Below are positions 10,767 to 20,353 of a stretch of 64,000 bases of DNA, one piece after another (positions within the stretch are counted from its first letter, which is position 1; every line of letters starts with the position of its first letter). This DNA comes from Desulfosoma sp. (GTDB taxonomy: Bacteria > Desulfobacterota > Syntrophobacteria > Syntrophobacterales > DSM-9756): assembly GCA_037481835.1 (NCBI GenBank), contig JBBFKW010000015.1:1-64000 (forward strand), in the 5' to 3' direction. Under the pieces are notes generated by a model, which was not told the origin of the DNA, did no database searches, and saw nothing but the letters and a program-made list of their open reading frames with translations. Both the position numbers and the translations under genes were made by a program.

Positions 10767-12209
10767 ATGCGAACGGCGCCGACCATCCTCATCATCGATG
10801 ACGAAACGGGCTTTCGAGGGGCTATCCGCCGGTTCTTGAGCGCCAATTACACCGTCCAGGAGGCGGGGACCGCCGCCGAAGGCATGCAATTGGCCGCCAC
10901 GCTCGAACCCGACGTGGTTTTGTTGGATATCGGCCTGCCTGACCAGAGCGGTCTGGACCTTCTGCCGCAGCTCAAAGAATTAAGGCCGTCTCCGACCGTG
11001 ATCATGGTGACGGCCTATGAGCAGGTGCGGGACGTGGTCCAGGCCATGAAAAAGGGCGCCTTCGACTACCTGGTCAAACCAGTCGACCTGGAAGAATTTG
11101 AAGTCACGGTCAAACAGGCTCTGGAATACGCCAGCCTCAGGCATGAGGTGGAACGGCTCCGCCACGAAATGCAGCGACTCCACCAGGTCAGCACCCTGGT
11201 GGGGAGCAGCCCCGCCTTTCTGGAAGCCCAACAACTGGCCATCCGAAGCGCTCAGAGCCCCGACGCCGGAGTGCTCCTTCAAGGAGAAAGCGGCGTGGGC
11301 AAGGAACTGTTCGCCCGGCTCATCCACGCCGCAAGCCCTCGGGCGACATATCCCTTCGTTGCGCTCAATTGCGCCGTCTTCAGCCCTGAAATCATCGAAA
11401 GCGAACTTTTCGGCTACGAAAAAGGCGCCTTTACCGGAGCGCGATCCGAAGGCAAAAAAGGATTGCTGGAAGCCGCCGACGGGGGCACGCTTTTCTTGGA
11501 CGAAGTCGCCGACTTGCCCCCGGAAGTGCAGGCCAAGCTCCTGCGCGTCCTGGAAGAGCACGAGTTCTACCCTCTGGGGTCCACGCGGAAAAAGACCGTG
11601 GATATCCGGGTTGTGGCCGCGTGCAACCGAGACCTGTGGCAGGCCTGCGAGGAGGGGGCCTTCCGAAAGGATCTGTTTTTCCGGTTGGCGACCATTCAGA
11701 TCGCTCTACCGGCCCTTCGGGACCGACGGGAAGACATCCTCCCCTTGGCTCGGTTCTTCCTCGAGCAGTTCAACGATAAGTACGGGAAGCGGTTTCGGGA
11801 TGTGAGCGAGGATGCCAAAGAGGTGCTCTTGACGTATCCTTGGCCTGGAAACGTGCGCGAGTTGCGGAACACGATCGAACGCATCGTCCTTTTGGAAGAC
11901 GACGACGTGCTCCTCAAAAGGCATTTCTATTTTCTCAAGCCCCAGGGCGGCCCCGCGACGGCGCCGGGCGCTCCGGAACAGGGCCGTTTTCTGGTGTGGG
12001 AAAATATGCCCGCAGAGGGGATGTCCTTGGAAGAGCTGGAGCGGAACATCATCCGGGAAGTGTATGAAAGGTGCGGGCGCAATAAGTCGAAAACGGCGCG
12101 GTTTTTGAGAATCCCTCGCCACGTGCTTATTTACCGCATGAAAAAATTCGCTCTTGATGGAGAACTTCCAACTCGAGAGCCGCAGGAGCTATCGGGGACT
12201 GGAGAATAA
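10767..12209 (+). CDS. Sigma54-dependent response regulator (NtrC/AtoC family bEBP)
   Basis: Receiver (IIDD, LLD, KP), Walker A GESGVGKE, GAFTGA, FLDE, WPGNVREL, C-terminal Fis-type HTH. Confidence 0.95.
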   Translation: MRTAPTILIIDDETGFRGAIRRFLSANYTVQEAGTAAEGMQLAATLEPDVVLLDIGLPDQSGLDLLPQLKELRPSPTVIMVTAYEQVRDVVQAMKKGAFDYLVKPVDLEEFEVTVKQALEYASLRHEVERLRHEMQRLHQVSTLVGSSPAFLEAQQLAIRSAQSPDAGVLLQGESGVGKELFARLIHAASPRATYPFVALNCAVFSPEIIESELFGYEKGAFTGARSEGKKGLLEAADGGTLFLDEVADLPPEVQAKLLRVLEEHEFYPLGSTRKKTVDIRVVAACNRDLWQACEEGAFRKDLFFRLATIQIALPALRDRREDILPLARFFLEQFNDKYGKRFRDVSEDAKEVLLTYPWPGNVRELRNTIERIVLLEDDDVLLKRHFYFLKPQGGPATAPGAPEQGRFLVWENMPAEGMSLEELERNIIREVYERCGRNKSKTARFLRIPRHVLIYRMKKFALDGELPTREPQELSGTGE

Positions 12210-12334
12210 TCTTTAAGAGCCTTGACAGCGGAGAATATTCTCCATGGCTTGGGATGTGCCGGGGACGGCGCCATGATGGGGGCAGGCGGGATGGGCTGGG
12301 GAGCTGAGGGGCACGGCGGTGAAGAAAATTCTCC
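12201..12334 (+). promoter_or_regulatory. Putative upstream activator sequences (three copies of a 14-bp palindrome)
   Basis: GGAGAATATTCTCC perfect palindrome at 12230-12243; GAAGAAAATTCTCC (12/14) at 12321-12334; GGAGAATAATCTTT (11/14) at 12201-12214. Confidence 0.6.
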
Positions 12335-12431
12335 ATAAGTCTATGGAAAGGACAAGGAGGGCTTTGAGACCGACGGCGGCGGGCGCCTTGAGGGATGCGG
12401 CGTGAGTCTTCTTTTCGGTAGCCCCAGACTT

Positions 12432-12447
12432 TGGCATGCGAGTTGCT
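12432..12447 (+). promoter_or_regulatory. Sigma54 (-24/-12) promoter
   Basis: TGGCATGCGAGTTGCT matches TGGCAC-N5-TTGCW with exact GG-N10-GC spacing, 28 bp before the next start codon. Confidence 0.8.
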
Positions 12448-12474
12448 CTAGCAAAAACTCCGAGTGGAGGCGGT

Positions 12475-12933
12475 ATGCAGCGGAATCTCCTGTCCAGTGC
12501 GCGAATTCTCCTCGTGGAAAGTGATGCCCCATTCAGACGCTCTTTGGAAAATGGCGTGAAGCGGGCCGGTTATCTTTTTGACAGTTGCGGCACGTGCGAC
12601 CATGCGCGGCAGCTGGCGAAATCGCGGCGTTACGATCTCTGCGTTGTGGAATATCATCTTCGTGACGGCAACGGGGCGCGGCTTGTTGCGGAACTCAAGA
12701 AAATGCATGCGGCACTTCGAGCGGTTCTCATCTCCTTCTACGACTTCGAGTGGATTTCTCGCGATGTGACTCCTGTGGCGGATGGCTTTCTCAAGAAACC
12801 TTTCGATCTGTTGGATTTCGAGCGCATGATCCATTCCATGCTGGCGGCGGTTCCCTCTCCTGCTCTTTTCTCTCGACTCTCGAGTTCCCTGGACCAAGCG
12901 CCGGCCCCGATTCTCAAGGAAGGGGTTCTCTAA
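12475..12933 (+). CDS. Single-domain response-regulator receiver-like protein (phospho-Asp replaced by Glu)
   Basis: ARILLVES, YDLCVVEYHL, VLIS, FLKKPF receiver pattern; ATG 12475 after GGAGG. Confidence 0.8.
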   Translation: MQRNLLSSARILLVESDAPFRRSLENGVKRAGYLFDSCGTCDHARQLAKSRRYDLCVVEYHLRDGNGARLVAELKKMHAALRAVLISFYDFEWISRDVTPVADGFLKKPFDLLDFERMIHSMLAAVPSPALFSRLSSSLDQAPAPILKEGVL

Positions 12934-13121
12934 GCGACACGACACGCGACAGCGCACAGTAAAGGTGGCTCTTCACACTCGCGCGGCACTCATGCTCCGG
13001 CGACAACTCCCATGATTCTAGCGGCAGTGGAGGCTCATGCTCATCTTCTCCGGATGATCCAGCGACCGTTCCAATTCAAAAACCTCGTTCTCCATTGAAT
13101 CCTCAAGAGGCCCTTTCCAAT

Positions 13122-13162
13122 GAAAGGCCGCAGGGCTTAAGCCTTGCGGCCTTTCGCTTTTT
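13122..13162 (+). terminator. Intrinsic terminator
   Basis: GAAAGGCCGCAGGGC-TTAA-GCCTTGCGGCCTTTC followed by GCTTTTT. Confidence 0.8.
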
Positions 13163-13355
13163 CGCACCTCTTTGGGGCTCCCTGGGCCCAGCCGGGTCAC
13201 TCCGATGCCGACGGATCAGTAAGCTTGTGCGCGTTTTCTCTTGAAATCCGTGGAGACGCCGGATATAGAAATTCTGTCTGCTTGGAAAGCACAGAATGCA
13301 CAGGGGTCTTGTCGTTTACGCCCGTTTCGGTGGGCACGAACAAAAGGAGGCGCAC

Positions 13356-13532
13356 ATGGTGGAGCTCAAAAGCCGACTTTTGGAAACATTATCGCAAAAA
13401 GGGATGGACGTTCAAGCTCTCGCCCAGGCCATGGAGTTTGACCCGGGCATTTTGAAGCTTTACTTGGTCAAGGACGACTATCCCATCCCGTCGCGCATCG
13501 TGAAAAAGATTGAAGAGGTTCTCGCCAACTAG
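13356..13532 (+). CDS. Small (58 aa) XRE/Cro-like helix-turn-helix protein
   Basis: Strong RBS AAGGAGG; MVELKSRLLETLSQKGMDVQALAQAMEFDPGILKLYLVKDDYPIPSRIVKKIEEVL has XRE-like helix spacing. Confidence 0.6.
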   Translation: MVELKSRLLETLSQKGMDVQALAQAMEFDPGILKLYLVKDDYPIPSRIVKKIEEVLAN

Positions 13533-13611
13533 GGGGAGCGGGCTCGCGGGACGCCGTGGAACAAATCCCGCGGGTCGGCTTTGCGAAACGCCGCCTCCCC
13601 CAGGGGGGCCT

Positions 13612-13659
13612 TTGGGGACCTTGGGCTGTCTGAAGGGCGGGCGTCCTTACGGTCCCAGG
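13612..13659 (-). repeat. Degenerate copy of CCTGGG...CCCAGG REP-like element
   Basis: Reverse complement starts CCTGGGACCGT, identical to the copy at 56980, and contains GCCCAAGGTCCC, similar to the copy at 62702. Confidence 0.4.
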
Positions 13660-13891
13660 GCATGGAAAGCCATCGTGCCGGTTGTCGCCTCTGACCCTGC
13701 CAAGAAAGTTCATTATCCATCGCAGGACATCGAGCTGTCTCGGGTTTTCAGCGATCACTGCCGAAGGATCATGTGCCCGCATGGGGCATGCGGCGTGTGA
13801 ATATGCCCTTCGCTTTGATGGGGGACAGGGCTCCGGGTGCATCGAAGCCCCGGGGCAGGGTGAGGACAGGAACAGGAACAGGAGGTTGTTG

Positions 13892-14842
13892 ATGGAACAG
13901 GAAAGAAAGCTTCAGAAGGGCTCGGCGCCAAAGGGTGTGTCACGTCGTGATTTCATGAAGTTTTGTACCATGGTCTCGGCGACCATGGGGCTGGCCCCGT
14001 CTTTTGCGCCCAAGATTGCAGAAGCGCTCGCCTCGGGTCCGAGGCCGCCCGTGGTGTATCTCCATTTTGCCGAGTGCACGGGCTGCACGGAGGCGGTCCT
14101 GCGTTCATCCTACCCGTGGATCGATGAACTGCTCTTGGAAACCATCTCCGTGGATTATCACGAAACCATCATGGCGGCGGCCGGCCACAGTGTGGAAGAG
14201 GTGCTGCATCAAACGGTAAAGAAGTACGAAGGGAAATTCATCTGTGTCGTGGAAGGCGGCATTCCCACGGCAGAGAACGGCATCTACGGCATGATCGGCG
14301 GAAAGACCATGCTGGAGATCGCCAAGGAAGTATGCCCCAAGTCCCTGGCTGTCCTGTGCATTGGATCGTGTTCCTCTTTCGGCGGAGTCCAGGCGGCGGC
14401 CCCCAACCCCACCGGCGCCAAAGGAGTTTCAGACGCTCTGGGCGATGTCTTGAAAGTCCCCGTGGTGAACATCCCCGGCTGTCCTCCCAATCCCATCAAT
14501 TTCGTCGGCACCGTGGTCAACTACCTCCTGTTCGGCAAGCTGCCCGATTTGGATGACAAGAAGCGGCCTCTTTTTGCCTACGGCAAGACCGTCCATGATC
14601 AGTGCCCGAGGCGGTCTCATTTCGAAAACGGCGAATTTGTCAAGGAATGGGGTTCCAAGGAAGCCCAGATGGGATACTGCCTCTACGAAATGGGCTGCAA
14701 GGGGCCTGAAACGTACAACAATTGTCCCTTGGTCAAGTTCAATGACGGGACGAGTTGGCCGGTAGAAGCCGGGCACCCGTGCATCGGCTGCAGCGAGCCC
14801 AATTTCTGGGACGCCATGTCCCCGTTTTATCAAAAGCTGTAG
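13892..14842 (+). CDS. Periplasmic [NiFe] hydrogenase small subunit
   Basis: Tat signal [41 protein letters not shown] cluster motifs; ATG 13892 after GGAGG. Confidence 0.96.
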   Translation: MEQERKLQKGSAPKGVSRRDFMKFCTMVSATMGLAPSFAPKIAEALASGPRPPVVYLHFAECTGCTEAVLRSSYPWIDELLLETISVDYHETIMAAAGHSVEEVLHQTVKKYEGKFICVVEGGIPTAENGIYGMIGGKTMLEIAKEVCPKSLAVLCIGSCSSFGGVQAAAPNPTGAKGVSDALGDVLKVPVVNIPGCPPNPINFVGTVVNYLLFGKLPDLDDKKRPLFAYGKTVHDQCPRRSHFENGEFVKEWGSKEAQMGYCLYEMGCKGPETYNNCPLVKFNDGTSWPVEAGHPCIGCSEPNFWDAMSPFYQKL

Positions 14843-14899
14843 CCCGCATTTCGGGACGCAAGCCTGAACCCGCATCCCAACCTCAAGGAGAGACAAAAT

Positions 14900-16540
14900 A
14901 TGGCACAACGAATTGTGGTCGATCCCATCACCCGAATCGAGGGACACCTGCGGATCGAGGTGGAAGTCGCCAACGGAAAGGTGACCAATGCGTGGAGCAG
15001 CTCCACGCTGTTTCGCGGCCTGGAAATCATCCTCAAGGGGCGCGATCCTCGGGACGCCTGGCTTTTCACCCAGCGCGCGTGCGGCGTGTGCACCTATGTG
15101 CACGGGCTGGCATCCATCCGGTGTGTGGACCATGCGGTAGGCGTGACCATTCCCGACAATGCCCGGCTCATTCGCAACCTCCTCATGGGCGCCCAGTTCC
15201 TGCACGATCACATCGTCCATTTTTACCATCTGCACGCCTTGGATTGGGTGGATGTGGTGAGCGCCCTCAAGGCGGATCCCGTTAAGGCTTCCAAGATCGC
15301 CAACGATGTTTCCCCGGCGCCGAAAAACGGCCCGGGCGATTTCAAGGCCGTTCAAGCCCGGTTGAAGAAGTTTGTGGACAGCGGCCAGCTGGGACTTTTC
15401 GCCAACGGCTATTGGGGCCATCCGGCTTACAAACTGCCGCCGGAGGTGAACCTCATTGCTGCGGCCCACTATCTGGAAGCGCTTCGGCAGCAGGCCCGCA
15501 CCGCCCGCATGCACGCCATCTTCGGGGCCAAGAACCCGCACCTGCAGAGCCTGGTTGTGGGCGGGGTGAGTTGCGCGGCGGATCTCAATCCGGACCGCAT
15601 TTCCGAATTCCTGTACTTGTGGAAGGAAACCATGGACTTCGTCAACAACGTCTACATTCCCGACCTGTTGGCGGTGGCTGGTTTTTACAAGGACTGGGGA
15701 TCCATCGGCGGAACGACCAATTTCCTCGCTTACGGCGAATTTCCTCAAAGCGCCAAAGAACCCGAAAGCCTTTTCTTCCCGCGCGGGGCCATTTTCAAAC
15801 GCAACTTGGCCAAAGTGGAAAATGTGGATCCGGCCAAGATAACGGAACACGTCAAGCACAGCTGGTACGAAGGCGACGGCGCCCTCAACCCCGCCCAAGG
15901 AGAAACCAAGCCCAAGTTCAGCAAACTGGATACCAACGGCGAATACAGCTGGATGAAGGCGCCGCGCTACAACGGGGAACCCATGGAAGTGGGACCGCTG
16001 GCGCGGGTGCTCGTTGCCTATGCCAAGGGGCATGAGCCGACGAAGAAAGCGGTGGACGGGGTCTTGAAGAAGCTGGCCATTCCCAAGGAGGCGTTGTTCT
16101 CCACTTTGGGACGGACCGCCGCCCGGGCCATTGAGACCCAGATCATCGGCGAGGCCATGGAGGGCTGGATCATGCAGCTGGTGGAAAACCTCAAGAAGGG
16201 CGACACCAAGACCTTCGAGCCCTACCAGATGCCGGACAGCGCTCAGGGCATGGGCCTGAACGATGTGCCTCGAGGGGCTTTGGGCCATTGGATTGAAATC
16301 AAGGAAAAAAAGATCGCCAATTACCAACTCGTGGTGCCGTCGACCTGGAACTTGGGGCCGCGCTGCGCCGCCAACAAGCCGGGGCCCGTCGAGGAAGCCC
16401 TGATCGGGACTCCCGTGGCCGATCCCAAACGGCCTGTGGAAATCCTGCGCACCGTTCACTCCTTCGACCCGTGTATCGCCTGCGGCGTCCACGTGATTGA
16501 TCCGCAGAGCAACCAAGTGTATAAGTTCAGAGTCGTCTAG
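14900..16540 (+). CDS. Periplasmic [NiFe] hydrogenase large subunit (group 1, Cys not Sec)
   Basis: DPITRIEGH, RGLE, L1 QRACGVCTYVH, L2 HSFDPCIACGVH followed by a cleavable C-terminal tail. Confidence 0.97.
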   Translation: MAQRIVVDPITRIEGHLRIEVEVANGKVTNAWSSSTLFRGLEIILKGRDPRDAWLFTQRACGVCTYVHGLASIRCVDHAVGVTIPDNARLIRNLLMGAQFLHDHIVHFYHLHALDWVDVVSALKADPVKASKIANDVSPAPKNGPGDFKAVQARLKKFVDSGQLGLFANGYWGHPAYKLPPEVNLIAAAHYLEALRQQARTARMHAIFGAKNPHLQSLVVGGVSCAADLNPDRISEFLYLWKETMDFVNNVYIPDLLAVAGFYKDWGSIGGTTNFLAYGEFPQSAKEPESLFFPRGAIFKRNLAKVENVDPAKITEHVKHSWYEGDGALNPAQGETKPKFSKLDTNGEYSWMKAPRYNGEPMEVGPLARVLVAYAKGHEPTKKAVDGVLKKLAIPKEALFSTLGRTAARAIETQIIGEAMEGWIMQLVENLKKGDTKTFEPYQMPDSAQGMGLNDVPRGALGHWIEIKEKKIANYQLVVPSTWNLGPRCAANKPGPVEEALIGTPVADPKRPVEILRTVHSFDPCIACGVHVIDPQSNQVYKFRVV

Positions 16541-16571
16541 TTCGGGGACGCACTGAACGGAAAAATCCCGA

Positions 16572-16605
16572 AGGGGACCCCGCCCTTTTCAGGGCGGGGT
16601 CCCCT
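16572..16605 (+). terminator. Strong hairpin (terminator or mRNA-stabilising) after hydrogenase structural genes
   Basis: AGGGGACCCCGCCCT-TTTC-AGGGCGGGGTCCCCT, perfect 15-bp stem. Confidence 0.65.
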
Positions 16606-16625
16606 CTTCCGTTTCCACGGGATGG

Positions 16626-17192
16626 ATGAATGCCATGAAGCCGAAGCGGATTTTGGTCTTGGGGGTGGGCAATGTGCTCCTAAAAGACGAGGGGCTCGGC
16701 GTGCATCTTGTGCACCGGCTTCAAGCGTCTTATGAATTTTCAGACAATGTGGAACTTCTGGACGGCGGGACGTTGGGGCTTCGTCTCTTGGATCCCATCA
16801 CTCAGGCGGATCACGTGATCGTCGTCGATGCGGTGCAAAACGGGGCCGCACCCGGAACGGTGCACAAAATTTCCGCGGAGGTTTTATCGAAGAGGGTGGC
16901 TTTCAAGAACTCCATCCATCAGCTGGATCTGGTGGAAACCTTGGCCTATGCTGAAATCCTAGGGCGGCGCCCCACATGTGTTATCCTGGGCATCGAGCCT
17001 TCGGACATCACCCCGTGGGGAACTTCTCTTACGCCCCCTGTGGCGGCCAAGGTGGAGGCTCTGGAGGCGTTGGTTCTTGAGGAAATTCATCAGGCGGGGG
17101 GATCCTGGGCGCTCAGGGCCGACGGATCTCCCGAAGCACTCGAGGCAAAAGGTTATGTGTTTGGCGATTCCGGCGGAAATCATCGCCATTGA
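16626..17192 (+). CDS. Hydrogenase maturation endopeptidase (HyaD/HybD family)
   Basis: VLGVGNVLLKDEGLGV, LLDGGT, IVVDAV, SIHQ motifs. Confidence 0.93.
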   Translation: MNAMKPKRILVLGVGNVLLKDEGLGVHLVHRLQASYEFSDNVELLDGGTLGLRLLDPITQADHVIVVDAVQNGAAPGTVHKISAEVLSKRVAFKNSIHQLDLVETLAYAEILGRRPTCVILGIEPSDITPWGTSLTPPVAAKVEALEALVLEEIHQAGGSWALRADGSPEALEAKGYVFGDSGGNHRH

Positions 17193-17391
17193 AGACGAAA
17201 TGGCCACGGTCAAAGTCGGGGGGGCTGTGCGCAAGGCCTCTCTCACCCTTCTTCCCGAAGCCGCCTCCATCGGCGACTATGTGATCGTCCATGCGGGATT
17301 TGCCCTCCACAAGGTCGATCCCGGGGAGGCCGAAGAGTCCTTGCGGCTCCTGCGCGAATTGGCGGCCCATGCGGCCGAGGGTTCCGAATAG
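17155..17391 (+). CDS. hypC: Hydrogenase assembly chaperone HypC/HupF
   Basis: MCLAIPA N-terminus and GDYVIVHAGFA; ATG at 17155 overlaps the protease 3' end. Confidence 0.95.
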   Translation: MCLAIPAEIIAIEDEMATVKVGGAVRKASLTLLPEAASIGDYVIVHAGFALHKVDPGEAEESLRLLRELAAHAAEGSE

Positions 17392-17406
17392 CCGGGAGGT
17401 CTTTTT

Positions 17407-18807
17407 TCAGAAATCGGCATGGCCCGGCGTGCGCGGAAAGGGAATGACTTCGCGGATGTTGGCCAGACCGGTCACGAATTGGACGAGCCGTTCCAGTCCC
17501 AAACCGAAGCCGCAATGGGGCGCCGAGCCGAACTCGCGCAGGTCCACGTACCAGGCGTACGCATCGGGGGAAATTCCCTTGCGGCGCATCTGTTCCAAGA
17601 GCACCTCCCGCCGTTCTTCTCTCTGAGACCCTCCGATGATTTCCCCGACCCTGGGAACCAGAACGTCCATTGCGGCCACCGTTTTGCCGTCGTCGTTGAC
17701 GCGCATGTAGAAGGGCTTGAGGTCTCGGGGAAAGTCGATGACGGCCACAGGCTTGCGAAATTTTTTCTCCGTCAGGTACCGTTCGTGTTCCGACTGGAGA
17801 TCGGCGCCCCATTCCACCGGAAAGGCGAAGGGTTCGTCGGCCTTCTTGAGTATGTCTACGGCTTCGGTGTAGGTGATGACCTCAAAGGGCTGTTGGGCCA
17901 CGGTCTCTAAGGACTCGAGCAAAGCGGGTTCCACGAACCGGGCGAAGAACTGGAGATCGTCCCAGGCGTTTTCCTGAAGATCGGAAATCACGGAGTGCAG
18001 GAGACGCTGCGCCAATGCCAGGTCGTCGTTGAGGTCCGCGAAGGCCATTTCGGGCTCGATCATCCAGAATTCCGCCAAGTGTCGGCTGGTGTTGGAGTTT
18101 TCCGCTCGAAAGGTCGGGCCGAAGGTGTAGACTTTTCCGAGAGCCAGCGCATAGATTTCCGCCTGGAGCTGGCCGCTCACCGTAAGAAAGGTCGGTTTCT
18201 GGAAAAAATCTTCCTGAAACACCCCTTCGCCGGATGTGGCCGCCGGCCTGGTGGGGTCCAGGGTCGTCACGCGAAACACTTCCCCGGCGCCCTCGCAATC
18301 GCTTGTGGTGATGATGGGAGTGTGGATGTAGAAGAAGCCTTCTTGTTGAAAGAAGGTGTGAAGGGCGTAGCTCAGCCGGTTGCGGATGCGGGCGACGGCG
18401 CCGAGGGTGTTGGTGCGCGGGCGCAGATGGGCGATGGTCCGGAGGAATTCAAAGCTGTGGCGCTTCTTCTGCAACGGGTAGCGTGTCGGGTCGGCCCAGC
18501 CGAAAAGGACGATGTCCCGAGCGACAAGTTCGATGCTTTGCCCCTTTCCCGGAGAGGGGGCGACGGTGCCGTGGATTTGGACGGCGGATCCCGTGGTCAG
18601 CCGATCCACGAGGGCGGCTATCTCCGGGCGGTTTCGTTCCAGGACGATTTGGAGGTTTTTCAGGCACGAGCCGTCGTTCAGTTCCACGAAACTCACCCCT
18701 GCCTTGGAATCCCGCCGGGTCCGTACCCATCCGCACACCACGACGTCCGAGCCCAGAAGGGCCGATTCCTCTTTGAAAATGTCCACAATGCGAACGGCTT
18801 TGTCCAT
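17407..18807 (-). CDS. asnS: Asparagine--tRNA ligase
   Basis: [64 protein letters not shown]. Confidence 0.96.
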   Translation of the reverse strand: MDKAVRIVDIFKEESALLGSDVVVCGWVRTRRDSKAGVSFVELNDGSCLKNLQIVLERNRPEIAALVDRLTTGSAVQIHGTVAPSPGKGQSIELVARDIVLFGWADPTRYPLQKKRHSFEFLRTIAHLRPRTNTLGAVARIRNRLSYALHTFFQQEGFFYIHTPIITTSDCEGAGEVFRVTTLDPTRPAATSGEGVFQEDFFQKPTFLTVSGQLQAEIYALALGKVYTFGPTFRAENSNTSRHLAEFWMIEPEMAFADLNDDLALAQRLLHSVISDLQENAWDDLQFFARFVEPALLESLETVAQQPFEVITYTEAVDILKKADEPFAFPVEWGADLQSEHERYLTEKKFRKPVAVIDFPRDLKPFYMRVNDDGKTVAAMDVLVPRVGEIIGGSQREERREVLLEQMRRKGISPDAYAWYVDLREFGSAPHCGFGLGLERLVQFVTGLANIREVIPFPRTPGHADF

Positions 18808-18989
18808 GGTGCAAAAACCTCCCCTCAGGGCCATGGGGCCGACGGCGCCACGGCGTCTTGCAGTTGCCTTGCCGGGGGTATTTTGGTAACGGTGCGGCCG
18901 GGCCCGAAATTGGCCGTTTTCCGCAAGATTTTAAGCATGCACCTCACTCATAGAATGGAATGCTCCGCAAGGGCAAGGAGAGATTCCCC

Positions 18990-20237
18990 ATGGTGCAGGG
19001 CGAGCGAGGTTTTTGGAAGTCTCGCTTTTTCGTCGATGAGCCGCCTGAACCTGTGCCGGGGGGACCCCGCGTCTGGTTCCATGCGGCCTCCGTGGGGGAA
19101 GTCAACGGAACCCTCGGAGTTTTCCGTCGGCTGCGCGCCTCGTGTCCCCATGCGACCCTGTTCCTTTCCGTGGGGACGCCACAGGGCTATCGGTTCGCTC
19201 GATCCCATGTGCCTGATGGCGTCCATGTGTTTGCCGCTCCTGTGGATGTTCCCTGGGCCGTATGTCGGACAGTCTCCCGTCTCCGCCCCGATCTTTTCGT
19301 GGGTTTGGAAAGCGAATTCTGGCCCGTGCTCCATTGGTGCCTGGCAAAACACCGCATCCCGGTGGTTCTCCTGAACGGCCGTGTCTCGGAACGGTCCGTG
19401 CGGCACTACGGGCGTTTGTCTTTCATCTTCGGCCATGTTTTCCGCGCCATTCAATGGGCTTCCGTAAAGACCGTTGAAGACGCGCAGCGTTTGGAGGCCC
19501 TGGGGGTCCCGGCCCATCGCATCGCCGTCATGGGCTCGGCCAAGTACGATACCCTTGTGGATCGCGCCCAGGCTTCGTTGATCGAAGGATGGCGGCGGCG
19601 TCTGGGAATTCCGGAGGGCACGCCGGTGGTGGTGGCGGGAAGCCTTCGCGGCGCCGAATGCCGAACGCTCTTGGAAATCTTTCAGAACCTCAAGCAGGAT
19701 CATTCCGACCTGGTGGGACTTTTCGCTCCCCGCCATTTGGATCGGGTGCCCCAGATGCTCGAATGGCTTGAACGGCACCATGTCCCGCACGATGTCTTGT
19801 CTTCCTTTCTTTCAACAACGCCGCAGGTCCGCCGGTCCGATTATCTTGTGGTGGATTGTATCGGGCATCTTTTCGAGCTCTACGGGCTTGGGGACCTCAT
19901 CTTTTGCGGCGGGACCCTGGTCCCTGTAGGGGGGCACAACATCGTGGAGCCTGTGGCCTGGGGAAAGAGAGTGTATTATGGGCCTTACACGGACAAAGTT
20001 TTTGAGGAACATCGGGTGTTAAGCCGTTACGGGGTCGGCGTCATGGTGCCCAGCGCCGAGGCCCTTTCCCATCGATGGCATGCCGCCCTTGCCGCCGGCC
20101 GATTGTCCGAATCGGTGGAGGCGGCGGCTCGAGAAGCCATGGCCGAACTCGCTGGCGTGGCGGACCGGCAGGTCGCAGGATTGCGACGTTTCTTGGACGG
20201 CTCCGGGCCTTGGGAAAAGGTCGCGCACCGACCCTGA
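18990..20237 (+). CDS. waaA: 3-deoxy-D-manno-octulosonic acid (Kdo) transferase
   Basis: WFHAASVGE, ESEFWP, NGRVS, APRH, GGHNIVEP motifs; ATG 18990 after AAGGAG (alternative start 18960). Confidence 0.9.
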   Translation: MVQGERGFWKSRFFVDEPPEPVPGGPRVWFHAASVGEVNGTLGVFRRLRASCPHATLFLSVGTPQGYRFARSHVPDGVHVFAAPVDVPWAVCRTVSRLRPDLFVGLESEFWPVLHWCLAKHRIPVVLLNGRVSERSVRHYGRLSFIFGHVFRAIQWASVKTVEDAQRLEALGVPAHRIAVMGSAKYDTLVDRAQASLIEGWRRRLGIPEGTPVVVAGSLRGAECRTLLEIFQNLKQDHSDLVGLFAPRHLDRVPQMLEWLERHHVPHDVLSSFLSTTPQVRRSDYLVVDCIGHLFELYGLGDLIFCGGTLVPVGGHNIVEPVAWGKRVYYGPYTDKVFEEHRVLSRYGVGVMVPSAEALSHRWHAALAAGRLSESVEAAAREAMAELAGVADRQVAGLRRFLDGSGPWEKVAHRP

Positions 20238-20260
20238 AAACCCTACAATCCCCAGGAGAT

Positions 20261-20292
20261 GTCGGTTGGGGTGAGCGCAGCGAACCCCAACA
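20261..20292 (+). repeat. GTAG-type REP-like palindrome, copy 1
   Basis: GTCGGTTGGGGTGAGCGCAGCGAACCCCAACA; near-identical copies at 28110, 35786 and 62573. Confidence 0.85.
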
Positions 20293-20353
20293 CTCCCAAC
20301 GGCGTCTTCCCCGCTTTTCGTCAACCCTTGGCCACAGGGACCCCGGAGCGACC

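Noticed and set aside
16450..16540. Possible [NiFeSe] hydrogenase
   Set aside because: The L2 motif is DPCIAC with a TGT Cys codon; there is no in-frame TGA.
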